Origin: an uncultured Terriglobus sp.
GTDB lineage: Bacteria > Acidobacteriota > Terriglobia > Terriglobales > Acidobacteriaceae
Direction of reading: 5' to 3'
Length of the DNA: 62,079 nt
NCBI GenBank assembly: GCA_964246215.1
Contig: CAXTPQ010000005.1
Span: 39,738 to 101,816 of the forward strand
Position 1 is the stretch's first letter, and every line of letters starts with the position of its first letter. The position numbers and the translations under genes are program-made. Below, piece after piece: positions 21,892 through 30,142 of this stretch. The notes beneath the pieces were generated by a model. The model did no database searches. It was not told the DNA's origin and saw nothing but the letters and a program-made list of their open reading frames with translations.

Positions 21892-23195
21892 CCGTTCGCC
21901 AGGAAAACGAATCTGGCCAGAAAGAGTGCGGCTAGCAAGAATAGCAACCAATCCTGCCGCCGGGCACGTCCGCTGAAGAGCTGCAGCAGGGCATAGCTGG
22001 TGACGCCCATGCCCAGTCCATTCGCGATGGAGTAGGTCAGCGGAATCAGAATGAGCGTCAGGAAGGCTGGGATGGCAACCAGCGGATCGGCCCACTCAAT
22101 CTCAGCGATCGAGCCGGCCATCAGCGCACCGACCAGGATAAGCGCCGGCGCGGTTGCGGAGGTGGGCAAGGGACCGGCAAGCGGCGCGATGAAGAGCGCA
22201 AGCAGGAAGCAGAGTCCAGCCACGATGGCCGGCACGCCAGTGCGCCCGCCCACGGCCACGCCCGCAGACGACTCGATGTAGGAGCAGACCGTACTGGTGC
22301 CGGTAAGAGACCCGGCAATGGTGGCCGTGGCATCCGCAAAGAAGATACGTGAGAGCCGAGGTATGTGTGTGCCGTCTTCAATCAGGCCGGCACGTTTGGT
22401 GACGGCGATCAATGTGCCAATGTTGTCGAAAAGATCGACAAATAGGAAAACGAAGATGATCTCCAGCACGCCGATGCGCAGGGCACCCCGAATGTCGAGC
22501 TTGCCGGCGGTCAGCGTCATCTGTTGCAGCGCAAGGTGCTGCGGTGCCCAGTGCACCCGGTGAAAGATGAAGCCGGTGAGCACCGTTCCGGCGATGCCGA
22601 TCAGAATGGATGCTTTGATCCGAAGCACCTGCAGAATCGCAATAAGAGCAAGGCCGAAGATCGCCAGAGCTGTATCCGGTGAGCGCAGGTTGCCGAGCGT
22701 GACGGCAGTGCTGGGGTCCTTGACGATAATGCCCGCTTCGGTGAGGCCGATGAACGCAATGAACAGGCCGATGCCGCCGGCAACCGCGGCATGCAGTTCG
22801 CGCGGGATGGCACCAACAAGCATCTGGCGCAGGCCTCCGATGGTGAGCAACAGAAACACCACGCCAGAAAGGAAGACCGCGCCCAGAGCGGTTTGCCAGG
22901 GGATGTGCATCTTCAGGCAGACGGTGTAAGTAAAGTAGGCGTTCAGGCCCATGCCGGGCGCCAACGCCAGTGGATAGCGCGCCAGCACGCCCATCAGAAT
23001 TGAACCGAGGGCCGCGCACATGCAGGTGGCGGCGGTCACGGCGGCAATGGGCATGCCTGTCTTGGCCAGGATCGCCGGGTTGACAAAGATGATGTACGCC
23101 ATGGTGAGGAAGGTGGTGAGGCCCGCGAGGATCTCCGTGCGCCACGTCGCTCCAAGCTGCTGGAACTCGAAGTACCGCTCCACCCGCTCAAGCAT
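21888..23195 (-). CDS. NCS2/AzgA-type purine permease
   Basis: TEILAGLTTFLTMAYI, APGMGLNAYF, YIESSAG...GGRTG. Confidence 0.92.
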   Translation of the reverse strand: MLERVERYFEFQQLGATWRTEILAGLTTFLTMAYIIFVNPAILAKTGMPIAAVTAATCMCAALGSILMGVLARYPLALAPGMGLNAYFTYTVCLKMHIPWQTALGAVFLSGVVFLLLTIGGLRQMLVGAIPRELHAAVAGGIGLFIAFIGLTEAGIIVKDPSTAVTLGNLRSPDTALAIFGLALIAILQVLRIKASILIGIAGTVLTGFIFHRVHWAPQHLALQQMTLTAGKLDIRGALRIGVLEIIFVFLFVDLFDNIGTLIAVTKRAGLIEDGTHIPRLSRIFFADATATIAGSLTGTSTVCSYIESSAGVAVGGRTGVPAIVAGLCFLLALFIAPLAGPLPTSATAPALILVGALMAGSIAEIEWADPLVAIPAFLTLILIPLTYSIANGLGMGVTSYALLQLFSGRARRQDWLLFLLAALFLARFVFLANG

Positions 23196-23847
23196 CCAGC
23201 GGCTCCGGAACGGCCTGGCCTTCGGCGCGCCGCAGCGTCAGCAATCTTGCCCAGAGCTGCTTCAGGCCGCGGTCCTGCTTGCCGAGCTTGGCCGAGCAGG
23301 TCAGCACCTCGTCAATGCCATGCTCTCGCTTCAGCGCAGCGATTGACTTCACCAATGTATTGCTGGAGAGGCGGTCACTCTTGGTCCCCACCACCAGAAA
23401 CGGGCGCTGAACTTCGCGCAAAAAGTCCAACAATTGCTTGTCACTGGCTTGGGGTGGCACGTTCATGTCCACCAGACAGCAGCAGAGCGCCAGTTGTGCC
23501 CGTTCTGTCAGGTATGGGTCGATGAAGGACGGCCACTCCGATGAGATCGATTTCGAGATTTTTGCGTAACCGTAACCGGGCAGGTCGGCGAAGATGAGCT
23601 CGGGTTTGGGCCGGGTCTGGCCGCTGGGCAATTGCTCCTGCAGCGCGAAGAAATTGATGGAACGCGTGCGGCCTGGCGTGGATGACACGCGGGCATGCAC
23701 TTCTCCCAACAAGCCATTGATCAGGCTGGATTTGCCCACGTTGGAGCGGCCAAGGAAGGCGACTTCCGGGACGTCTACCGTTGTGGCCGAGGCCGGGAAC
23801 TGGTCGGCGGCAAAGGCCGAGAGCAGAAATTGTGCGCGCAGCCGCAT
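23188..23847 (-). CDS. yihA: Ribosome biogenesis GTPase YihA/EngB
   Basis: GRSNVGKSSLIN, STPGRT, DLPGYG, TKSD; true start ATG 23847. Confidence 0.92.
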   Translation of the reverse strand: MRLRAQFLLSAFAADQFPASATTVDVPEVAFLGRSNVGKSSLINGLLGEVHARVSSTPGRTRSINFFALQEQLPSGQTRPKPELIFADLPGYGYAKISKSISSEWPSFIDPYLTERAQLALCCCLVDMNVPPQASDKQLLDFLREVQRPFLVVGTKSDRLSSNTLVKSIAALKREHGIDEVLTCSAKLGKQDRGLKQLWARLLTLRRAEGQAVPEPLDA

Positions 23848-23852
23848 GGCTA

Positions 23853-23891
23853 AGTGTAGCGGCGAACACCGGTCAGCGATCGCGATACACT
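23853..23891. promoter_or_regulatory. Divergent pair of -10 elements (yihA / ATP-grasp gene)
   Basis: TACACT on minus (23853-23858) 5 nt before ATG 23847; TACACT on plus (23886-23891) 7 nt before ATG 23899. Confidence 0.55.
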
Positions 23892-23898
23892 CACCGGC

Positions 23899-25134
23899 AT
23901 GATCGCCGCGCTTCGCCAGGAGTTCAACCGCCGCTACACTCATGAGAAATATGCCGACCTGCTGCGGCGCATGAATGCAAAGACACGCACGGATCTGCAG
24001 ATTCGCGTTGCGGAAACACCGGTTTTCCTGCCAGCGCAGCTCGTCCAGCAAATGGTAGATGCGGGCATCGAGATGACGAAGCAGTTGGTGAACGACCGGC
24101 AGTACCTGCGGCGAGCCGCGGAGACAATTCCTGCGGCCTACCGCGTCGCCAATCAGGACGCCCATCCGAACTTCATGACTGTCGACTTTGGCCTGGTGCA
24201 CGCAGGCGAATGCTCCTGGCAAGGCGACTGGCGGACCTTACAGCCCAAGCTCGTGGAATTGCAAGCATTTCCCTCGGTGTACGGCTACCAGGCTCTGCTC
24301 ACAGAGGAGTACCGGCGCGTCTTCGATCTCGATTCGTCACTTGGGGCCTACCTGAACGGTCATGACGACGCGAGCTACTGGCAACGCCTGCGCGAGGTCA
24401 TCCTGGGCCGGCACGCGCCGGAGAATGTGATTCTGATGGAGGTCACGCCGGACCAGCAGAAGACGCTGCCCGACTTCCACATTCATAAAGACCGGCTTGG
24501 CATCCGCACGGTGGACATCCGTAGCGTGCACCAGCGTGGAAGAAAACTTTTCTGCGATTGCGACGGCGTTGAGACACCCGTTTACCGCATTTATAACCGG
24601 GCCATCGCCGATGAGATGGTCCGCAAAGATGTGAAGCCCGGCTTTGATTTTTCCGCCGAGCTCGACGTTGAGTGGGCGGGACATCCGAACTGGTATTTTC
24701 TCCTGAGTAAATTTTCGCTTCCGTACTTGCCGCACCCGAGCGTGCCAGCCGCTGTCTTTCTGGACGACTGGTTCCACGGCAATGGCCGGGACCGTCTGCC
24801 GGCTGACCGGTCGCAATGGGTATTGAAGCCCCTGTTTTCGTTTGCGGGCAAGGGTATCGAGTTCGCGCCGAGTGAGGAGATGCTGCGATCCGTACCAGAG
24901 GAGGACCGCCGCAACTATCTGCTGCAGCAGCGTGTGCAGTTCTCGCCTACGGTGGACACGCCCTTCGGTTTGACTCAGGCGGAGGTGCGGATCATGTATG
25001 TATGGCCGGACGGCGGAGAGTTGGAAGCAGTACAAACACTGTTGCGGCTGGGCCGGGGCATCATGATGGGCGTTGACCATAACAAAAATCAGGAGTGGGT
25101 GGGCGGCTCAGCGGGATTGATTTGCTTTCAGTGA
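23899..25134 (+). CDS. Uncharacterised ATP-grasp-like protein (glutathionylspermidine synthase/circularly permuted type)
   Basis: VDFGL, VELQAFPS, IYNR, WVLKPLFSFAGKG, LLQQRV. Confidence 0.65.
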   Translation: MIAALRQEFNRRYTHEKYADLLRRMNAKTRTDLQIRVAETPVFLPAQLVQQMVDAGIEMTKQLVNDRQYLRRAAETIPAAYRVANQDAHPNFMTVDFGLVHAGECSWQGDWRTLQPKLVELQAFPSVYGYQALLTEEYRRVFDLDSSLGAYLNGHDDASYWQRLREVILGRHAPENVILMEVTPDQQKTLPDFHIHKDRLGIRTVDIRSVHQRGRKLFCDCDGVETPVYRIYNRAIADEMVRKDVKPGFDFSAELDVEWAGHPNWYFLLSKFSLPYLPHPSVPAAVFLDDWFHGNGRDRLPADRSQWVLKPLFSFAGKGIEFAPSEEMLRSVPEEDRRNYLLQQRVQFSPTVDTPFGLTQAEVRIMYVWPDGGELEAVQTLLRLGRGIMMGVDHNKNQEWVGGSAGLICFQ

Positions 25135-25191
25135 ACGCCAGCTTGCGCTACACTGCGAATATCGGTGACTCTGGTAACGGATTTCACATTC

Positions 25192-25551
25192 ATGATTGAA
25201 AAAATAGGTACGTCGCAGCAGTCACATCCGCCTGAAGATTCCTTCGAGGCAATGCGTACGGCGGTTCGCTTTCCTTTGGCGCTGCATGTTGATTTACGCA
25301 CGGAAGTGGGTTCAACTCAGGCGCTCACCCGTGATGTTTCAGCAGCCGGCATCCAGTTTCAAATGTCGCACGCACCCCGCATCGGCTCCATGCTGGAGTG
25401 GAGCATGCACCTGCCCGGAAACATTATGGGTACACCGGATGACATTACGGTCGCATGTGTCGGCAGAGTCGTTTGGGCCGCGTCTAGCGGTGACCATGTT
25501 CATGTCGGTGCCGTGATCGATCAATACGTTTTCAAAGGTGAAGCCGAATGA
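25192..25551 (+). CDS. Stand-alone PilZ-domain protein
   Basis: RTAVR (RxxxR) and DVSAAG (DxSxxG) motifs, GRVVW; start 25165 or 25192. Confidence 0.75.
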   Translation: MIEKIGTSQQSHPPEDSFEAMRTAVRFPLALHVDLRTEVGSTQALTRDVSAAGIQFQMSHAPRIGSMLEWSMHLPGNIMGTPDDITVACVGRVVWAASSGDHVHVGAVIDQYVFKGEAE

Positions 25552-26309
25552 GCACGAACGAAAATTTGCACGATTCATCCCCCGTGAACGAGCCGGAACA
25601 GCCGGCCATCCGCGTCATCCTGGCCGATTCCCAGGCCATTTACCGGGTCGGCATGCGGAAGGTTTTCGCCATCGAAGACGACATCCGCGTGGTGGCTCAA
25701 GCGGAAACTCTGGCGAACCTGTTTACAGCGTTGCAGCGCTTTCCCGCGGAGATCGTTGTGCTGGAAGGCCAGCTGCTGGCCGGCACTATCGATGCCGTGC
25801 CGGAACTGGTGCGGCGGGCACCCGACGCCAAGCTCATTGTGCAGGTGATGGAGACGGATGAGGCCAACACTGTGGAGCTCTACCGGCGCGGCGTGCGCGG
25901 AGTCGTGCCAAGGTCCATTTCGCCGGACCTGCTGATCAAATGCATTCGCAAGATCGCCTCCGGAGAGACCTGGATTGACAATCAGTCCGTCAGTTGGGTG
26001 ATTGAGGCCTACCGGGCGCAGGCTCTATCGCTAACTTCTCCACGCAACCAACCAAAGCTGTCTCCCAAGGAACTGTCGATCATTACGTGCATCACGCGGG
26101 GCATGCGCAACAAGGAGATCGCCTACCAGATTGGGACGACGGAACAAGTCATTAAGAACTACCTGCGCAAGGTGTACGACAAGCTTGGCGTGTCTGACCG
26201 CCTGGAGTTGGCCCTCTATTGCATGCATCACCAACTGCTCAAGCAATACCCGCAGGAAGCCCTGGCGCAGTTGGTGAGTGCGGCAAATGGAAAGCGCGCG
26301 CAGGGTTAG
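25548..26309 (+). CDS. NarL/LuxR-family regulator with an atypical receiver domain
   Basis: C-terminal LSPKE..I...GMRNKEIA HTH; phospho-Asp position is Glu (IVVLEG). Confidence 0.85.
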   Translation: MSTNENLHDSSPVNEPEQPAIRVILADSQAIYRVGMRKVFAIEDDIRVVAQAETLANLFTALQRFPAEIVVLEGQLLAGTIDAVPELVRRAPDAKLIVQVMETDEANTVELYRRGVRGVVPRSISPDLLIKCIRKIASGETWIDNQSVSWVIEAYRAQALSLTSPRNQPKLSPKELSIITCITRGMRNKEIAYQIGTTEQVIKNYLRKVYDKLGVSDRLELALYCMHHQLLKQYPQEALAQLVSAANGKRAQG

Positions 26310-26330
26310 AGTTGTCCTGCATATGCCACG

Positions 26331-26437
26331 GTGCTGTGAGGGTCATCGTGGTGCACTAACGAAGGATTTGGCCTTGATTGCATGGCTGCGAGCCTCGAGG
26401 AGATCCTTCGCGTTTCAGCGATGACCCTCGTGGTCAC
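26331..26437 (+). repeat. Long imperfect hairpin / degenerate REP doublet
   Basis: GAGGGTCATCG/CGATGACCCTC, CGAAGGAT/ATCCTTCG and CCTTGA/TCGAGG nested arms between convergent genes. Confidence 0.6.
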
Positions 26438-26448
26438 AATGAGAAGCT

Positions 26449-27030
26449 TCAGTTTGAGACTTCCAGATCGATTGTGAACTTGACCTCGTCCGCCAGCACG
26501 GGTTCTCCATACTTTTGGCCAAAGTTGAAGTCCTTACGCTTGATTGTGCCCGTGGCGGAGAAGCCACTTACCAGCTTGCCCTGCATGCCCTTCTGGGGTG
26601 TCGCCGGCCCGTCTACATCCAGAGTGACAGGCTTTGTCTGGCCTCCAAGCGTCAGGTCGCCGATAATCTGCAGCTTGTGATCCGCGCTGCGCTTGACGGA
26701 TGTGGACTTGAAGGTGAGTGTGGGGTACTTGGCCACATCGAAGAAGTCAGGGCTTTTCAGATGTTCGTCGCGCTTCTCCTGTCCGGTGCTCACTGTCTTG
26801 GCATCGACGATCGCTTCCACATGCGCCTGAGAAACATCTTTCTCGTTCCAGACAAGCGTTCCGGTCACGCCCGAAAAACTCCCACGTACCGTGCTGACGC
26901 CCAAGTGCTTGATCTGAAATTCAACACCGGAGTGTGCTGAATCGATCGTCCATGTGGAGCTCTGGGCAACGATGGGCAAAGCCAGCAGAAGTGCGGCAGC
27001 CAACGTGGCAAAACGAAATTTCGCGATCAT
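26449..27030 (-). CDS. YceI-family periplasmic lipid/polyisoprenoid-binding protein
   Basis: Signal peptide; WTIDSAHS, GSF, RDEHLKSPDFFD, GDLTL, RKDF. Confidence 0.9.
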   Translation of the reverse strand: MIAKFRFATLAAALLLALPIVAQSSTWTIDSAHSGVEFQIKHLGVSTVRGSFSGVTGTLVWNEKDVSQAHVEAIVDAKTVSTGQEKRDEHLKSPDFFDVAKYPTLTFKSTSVKRSADHKLQIIGDLTLGGQTKPVTLDVDGPATPQKGMQGKLVSGFSATGTIKRKDFNFGQKYGEPVLADEVKFTIDLEVSN

Positions 27031-27224
27031 ACAATCTCCCTGGTTCATCAATGTGACCCCGCGCAACGCGGAATGTACTTTCAGATCGGTTCCGCCGCTG
27101 AGTTTGCAGTGTCTCAATATTGCAAAAGATGATTGCACAAAATGGCGTGATTCATAATTATTTCGAAGTCGTATCTCTTGTGAGATAGGCGGGCTGATCC
27201 GATGTGCGACGATGGCTTTCACAG

Positions 27225-28481
27225 ATGATCGATACACTTCGCGAGAAGATTGGCGGACTTACACGCGTTCAGCGCAATGCATTCATTGCGTGCTTTCTGG
27301 GTTGGTCGCTGGATGCTTTTGACTTTTTTATTCTCACGTACTGCCTGAGCGCGGTTGCCGCGGACTTTCATACCGGCATCAAGCAGGTCTCCGAGGGGCT
27401 GTTCTGGACGCTCGCGATGCGGCCGGTGGGAGCACTGCTGTTTGGCGCGATGGCGGAGCGGTATGGACGCAAGCCGACCCTTATGTTGAACGTGATCAGC
27501 TTTGCGGTATTTGAGTGTGCCTCGGCCTTTGCGCCTACACTGCCGGCGCTGCTGGTGTGCCGCGCACTGTTCGGCATCGCCATGGGTGGCGAATGGGGCG
27601 TGGGTGCCGCGCTGACCTTTGAAACACTACCGGCGGAGGGCCGCGGCTTTTTCTCGGGCTTGCTGCAGGAGGGCTATGTGGTGGGTAACCTGCTGGCGGC
27701 CGCGGTGTACTGGCTGATCTTTCCCCATCTGCACGGCACGGGCATGCTGACGAACTGGCGGGTTATGTTTCTGATCGGCACGCTGCCGGCGCTGCTGGTC
27801 TTCTTCATCCGTATTGGCGTGGAAGAGTCGCCAGCGTGGCGCGAGGGACGGACCGCGAAAGCGAAGCTTGGTGTCCCCAAACAGTCCGTGCTGCGGTATG
27901 CGGGTTCGTTCGCGATGCTGGTGCTGCTGATGACCGCGTTCACGTCATTCAGCCACGGCACGCAGGACTTGTATCCGACGTTTCTGGAAAAGGGCAAGCA
28001 CTTTCTGCCGGCCGATGTGGGCAAGATCGCCGTCGTTGCGAGTCTGGGAGCGTTGCTGGGCGGCATCAGCTTTGGCACGCTTTCAGAGCGGCTGGGGCGG
28101 CGCTGGGCAATTGTGCTGGCGTCGGCGCTGGCTATTCCCATGGTGCCTCTGTGGGCTTGGACGCATTCGCTGGCCGCGTTGGCTGCCGGTGGTTTTCTGA
28201 TGCAGTTCATGGTGCAGGGTGCATGGGGAGTGATCCCGGCACATTTGAACGAGCTTTCACCGGCGGCCGTGCGGGCTATCTTTCCCGGACTGGCGTACCA
28301 GTTAGGCAATCTCCTGTCCTCCCGCAATAGCGTGCTGCAGGCGGCAGTCGCCGGCACCCGCTTTGGGGGATCGTTGCAGCCTGTGCTTGGGATGACGGTG
28401 CTGGTGGTGGCCTTAGCGGTCGTTATCTTGACGCTGGTTTGCGGTGAGCGCAAAGGGGAGGACCTGTCCGCGGTGGCTTAG
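27225..28481 (+). CDS. MFS transporter, Jen1/NanT (SHS) family
   Basis: GWSLDAFDFF, GGEWG, SHGTQDLYPTFL, VQGAWGVIP.HLNEL. Confidence 0.88.
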   Translation: MIDTLREKIGGLTRVQRNAFIACFLGWSLDAFDFFILTYCLSAVAADFHTGIKQVSEGLFWTLAMRPVGALLFGAMAERYGRKPTLMLNVISFAVFECASAFAPTLPALLVCRALFGIAMGGEWGVGAALTFETLPAEGRGFFSGLLQEGYVVGNLLAAAVYWLIFPHLHGTGMLTNWRVMFLIGTLPALLVFFIRIGVEESPAWREGRTAKAKLGVPKQSVLRYAGSFAMLVLLMTAFTSFSHGTQDLYPTFLEKGKHFLPADVGKIAVVASLGALLGGISFGTLSERLGRRWAIVLASALAIPMVPLWAWTHSLAALAAGGFLMQFMVQGAWGVIPAHLNELSPAAVRAIFPGLAYQLGNLLSSRNSVLQAAVAGTRFGGSLQPVLGMTVLVVALAVVILTLVCGERKGEDLSAVA

Positions 28482-28530
28482 GATTTCCTCAGCCGATCTG
28501 AGAAGATAGCAGTGCTGTATCGAAAGGTGT

Positions 28531-29223
28531 TTGATTTTGCCGCGTATCCATTTTCAGCAACAGTTGATGGTGCTGAAAGACAAGCTGCTGGCCATGGCGG
28601 CACTCTCGCAACAGGCGCTTGAGCTGTCTGTCGAGGCGTTTCTGAAGCGTGATCTTCGACTGTGTGAACACGTCATCGATGTGGAAGCCGCGATCAATGC
28701 AGCCCAGCGCGATGTGGATGAAATGGCCTATGAGCTGTTGGCCAAGCAGCAGCCGATGGCCATTGATTTGCGCTTTCTAAAGGCGGTTATCCGCATTACC
28801 GGTGATCTGGAGCGCATCGGGGATCAGGCTGCGAACGTGGTGAAGCAGTGCCGCGCTCTGATGGAAACCGAGCCTGCTGGTGCCAATCCCGAGAGCCTGC
28901 CGGGAGACATCAACGGCATGGGCCAGATTGCGCGGCGCATGATCCGCACCGCATTGCAATCGCTGCTGAACGGTGATCCCGAACAGGCCGAACTGGTGCT
29001 GACCATGGATGACGAGATCGACCGGTTGAACCGCGATGCACAGGTGGAACTGCTCAAGGCCATGCAGCAACAGCCGGAGCAGACCGACCGCGCGTTGAAT
29101 TCGATCATTGTGTGCCGCAACCTGGAGCGCAGCGCCGACCATGCCACGAATATTGCGGAAGACGTGATCTTCTGGGTGAGCGGCGCGGATGTGCGGCATG
29201 GCGCACCGGTCGCGGGTGGCTGA
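28531..29223 (+). CDS. phoU: Phosphate signalling protein PhoU
   Basis: QQPMAIDLR, DLERIGD, MDDEID, LERSADHATNIAE. Confidence 0.92.
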   Translation: MILPRIHFQQQLMVLKDKLLAMAALSQQALELSVEAFLKRDLRLCEHVIDVEAAINAAQRDVDEMAYELLAKQQPMAIDLRFLKAVIRITGDLERIGDQAANVVKQCRALMETEPAGANPESLPGDINGMGQIARRMIRTALQSLLNGDPEQAELVLTMDDEIDRLNRDAQVELLKAMQQQPEQTDRALNSIIVCRNLERSADHATNIAEDVIFWVSGADVRHGAPVAGG

Positions 29224-29263
29224 AATTCCGAAGAGTGTTACCGGTTGCGTTTACCCTGATGGG

Positions 29264-30142
29264 GTGAAAGTACATCTGGTGGATGGGACCTATGAGCTGT
29301 TCCGGCATTACCACGCGCTGCCATCGCTGAAGGATGCGGACGGACGCGAGGTGGCGGCGGTACGCGGTGTGCTGGCTTCTGTGCTTGGGATGATCCGTGG
29401 CGGCGCAACGCATATGGGTGTGGCTACCGATCATGTGATTGAGTCCTTTCGCAATGCGTTATGGCCCGGCTACAAAAGCGGCGAGGGCGTGCCGGAGGAG
29501 CTGCTGCTTCAATTTTCGTTGCTGGAAGAGGCGCTTACAACCATGGGTATTGCCGTCTGGCCGATGGTGGATTTTGAGGCGGATGACGCACTGGCAGCCG
29601 CGGCAGCGCGCGCCGCGGACGATGCACGTGTGACACAGGTGCTGATCTGCACACCGGACAAGGATCTGTCGCAATGCGTGCGCGGAGAACGCGTTGTGCA
29701 GCTGGACCGGCGTAAGAACGAGATCCGCGATGAGGCCGGCGTCTGGGCGAAGTTCGGGGTCGAGCCTGCATCGATTCCGGATTATCTGGCGCTGGTGGGA
29801 GACACTGCCGATGGATTTCCGGGGTTGCCGGGGTGGGGTGCCAAGTCAGCAACCGCCGTGCTGGCGAAGTATGAGCGGCTTGAAGCCATTCCCGCGGATG
29901 CGCGCGCGTGGCAGGTGCGCGTGAGCGGAGCGGCTGGCCTGAGCGAGACGCTGGAAGAGCAGCGAGAACGGGCCATGCTCTTCCGGCGGCTTGCAACACT
30001 GCGCACGGATGTGTCCGTGTTTGACGATGTGGAGGAGCTTCGCTGGCGCGGTCCAACGAATGATTTTGAGCTGTTGGCGGCAAAGCTGGATGCCAATGTA
30101 ACGGGCGAGGGCCGACGCGGGCGCAAGCTCAATGCGCTTTAG
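29264..30142 (+). CDS. Stand-alone 5'-3' exonuclease / flap endonuclease
   Basis: LVDGT, EADD, DKDL, LVGDTADG.PG.PG.G.K (H3TH); GTG 29264 follows TACCCT. Confidence 0.88.
   Translation: MKVHLVDGTYELFRHYHALPSLKDADGREVAAVRGVLASVLGMIRGGATHMGVATDHVIESFRNALWPGYKSGEGVPEELLLQFSLLEEALTTMGIAVWPMVDFEADDALAAAAARAADDARVTQVLICTPDKDLSQCVRGERVVQLDRRKNEIRDEAGVWAKFGVEPASIPDYLALVGDTADGFPGLPGWGAKSATAVLAKYERLEAIPADARAWQVRVSGAAGLSETLEEQRERAMLFRRLATLRTDVSVFDDVEELRWRGPTNDFELLAAKLDANVTGEGRRGRKLNAL

Noticed and set aside
23848-24222. 125-aa N-terminal extension of YihA in the ORF track
   Set aside because: Overlaps the opposite-strand ATP-grasp gene; homology and a -10 element support the start at 23847.
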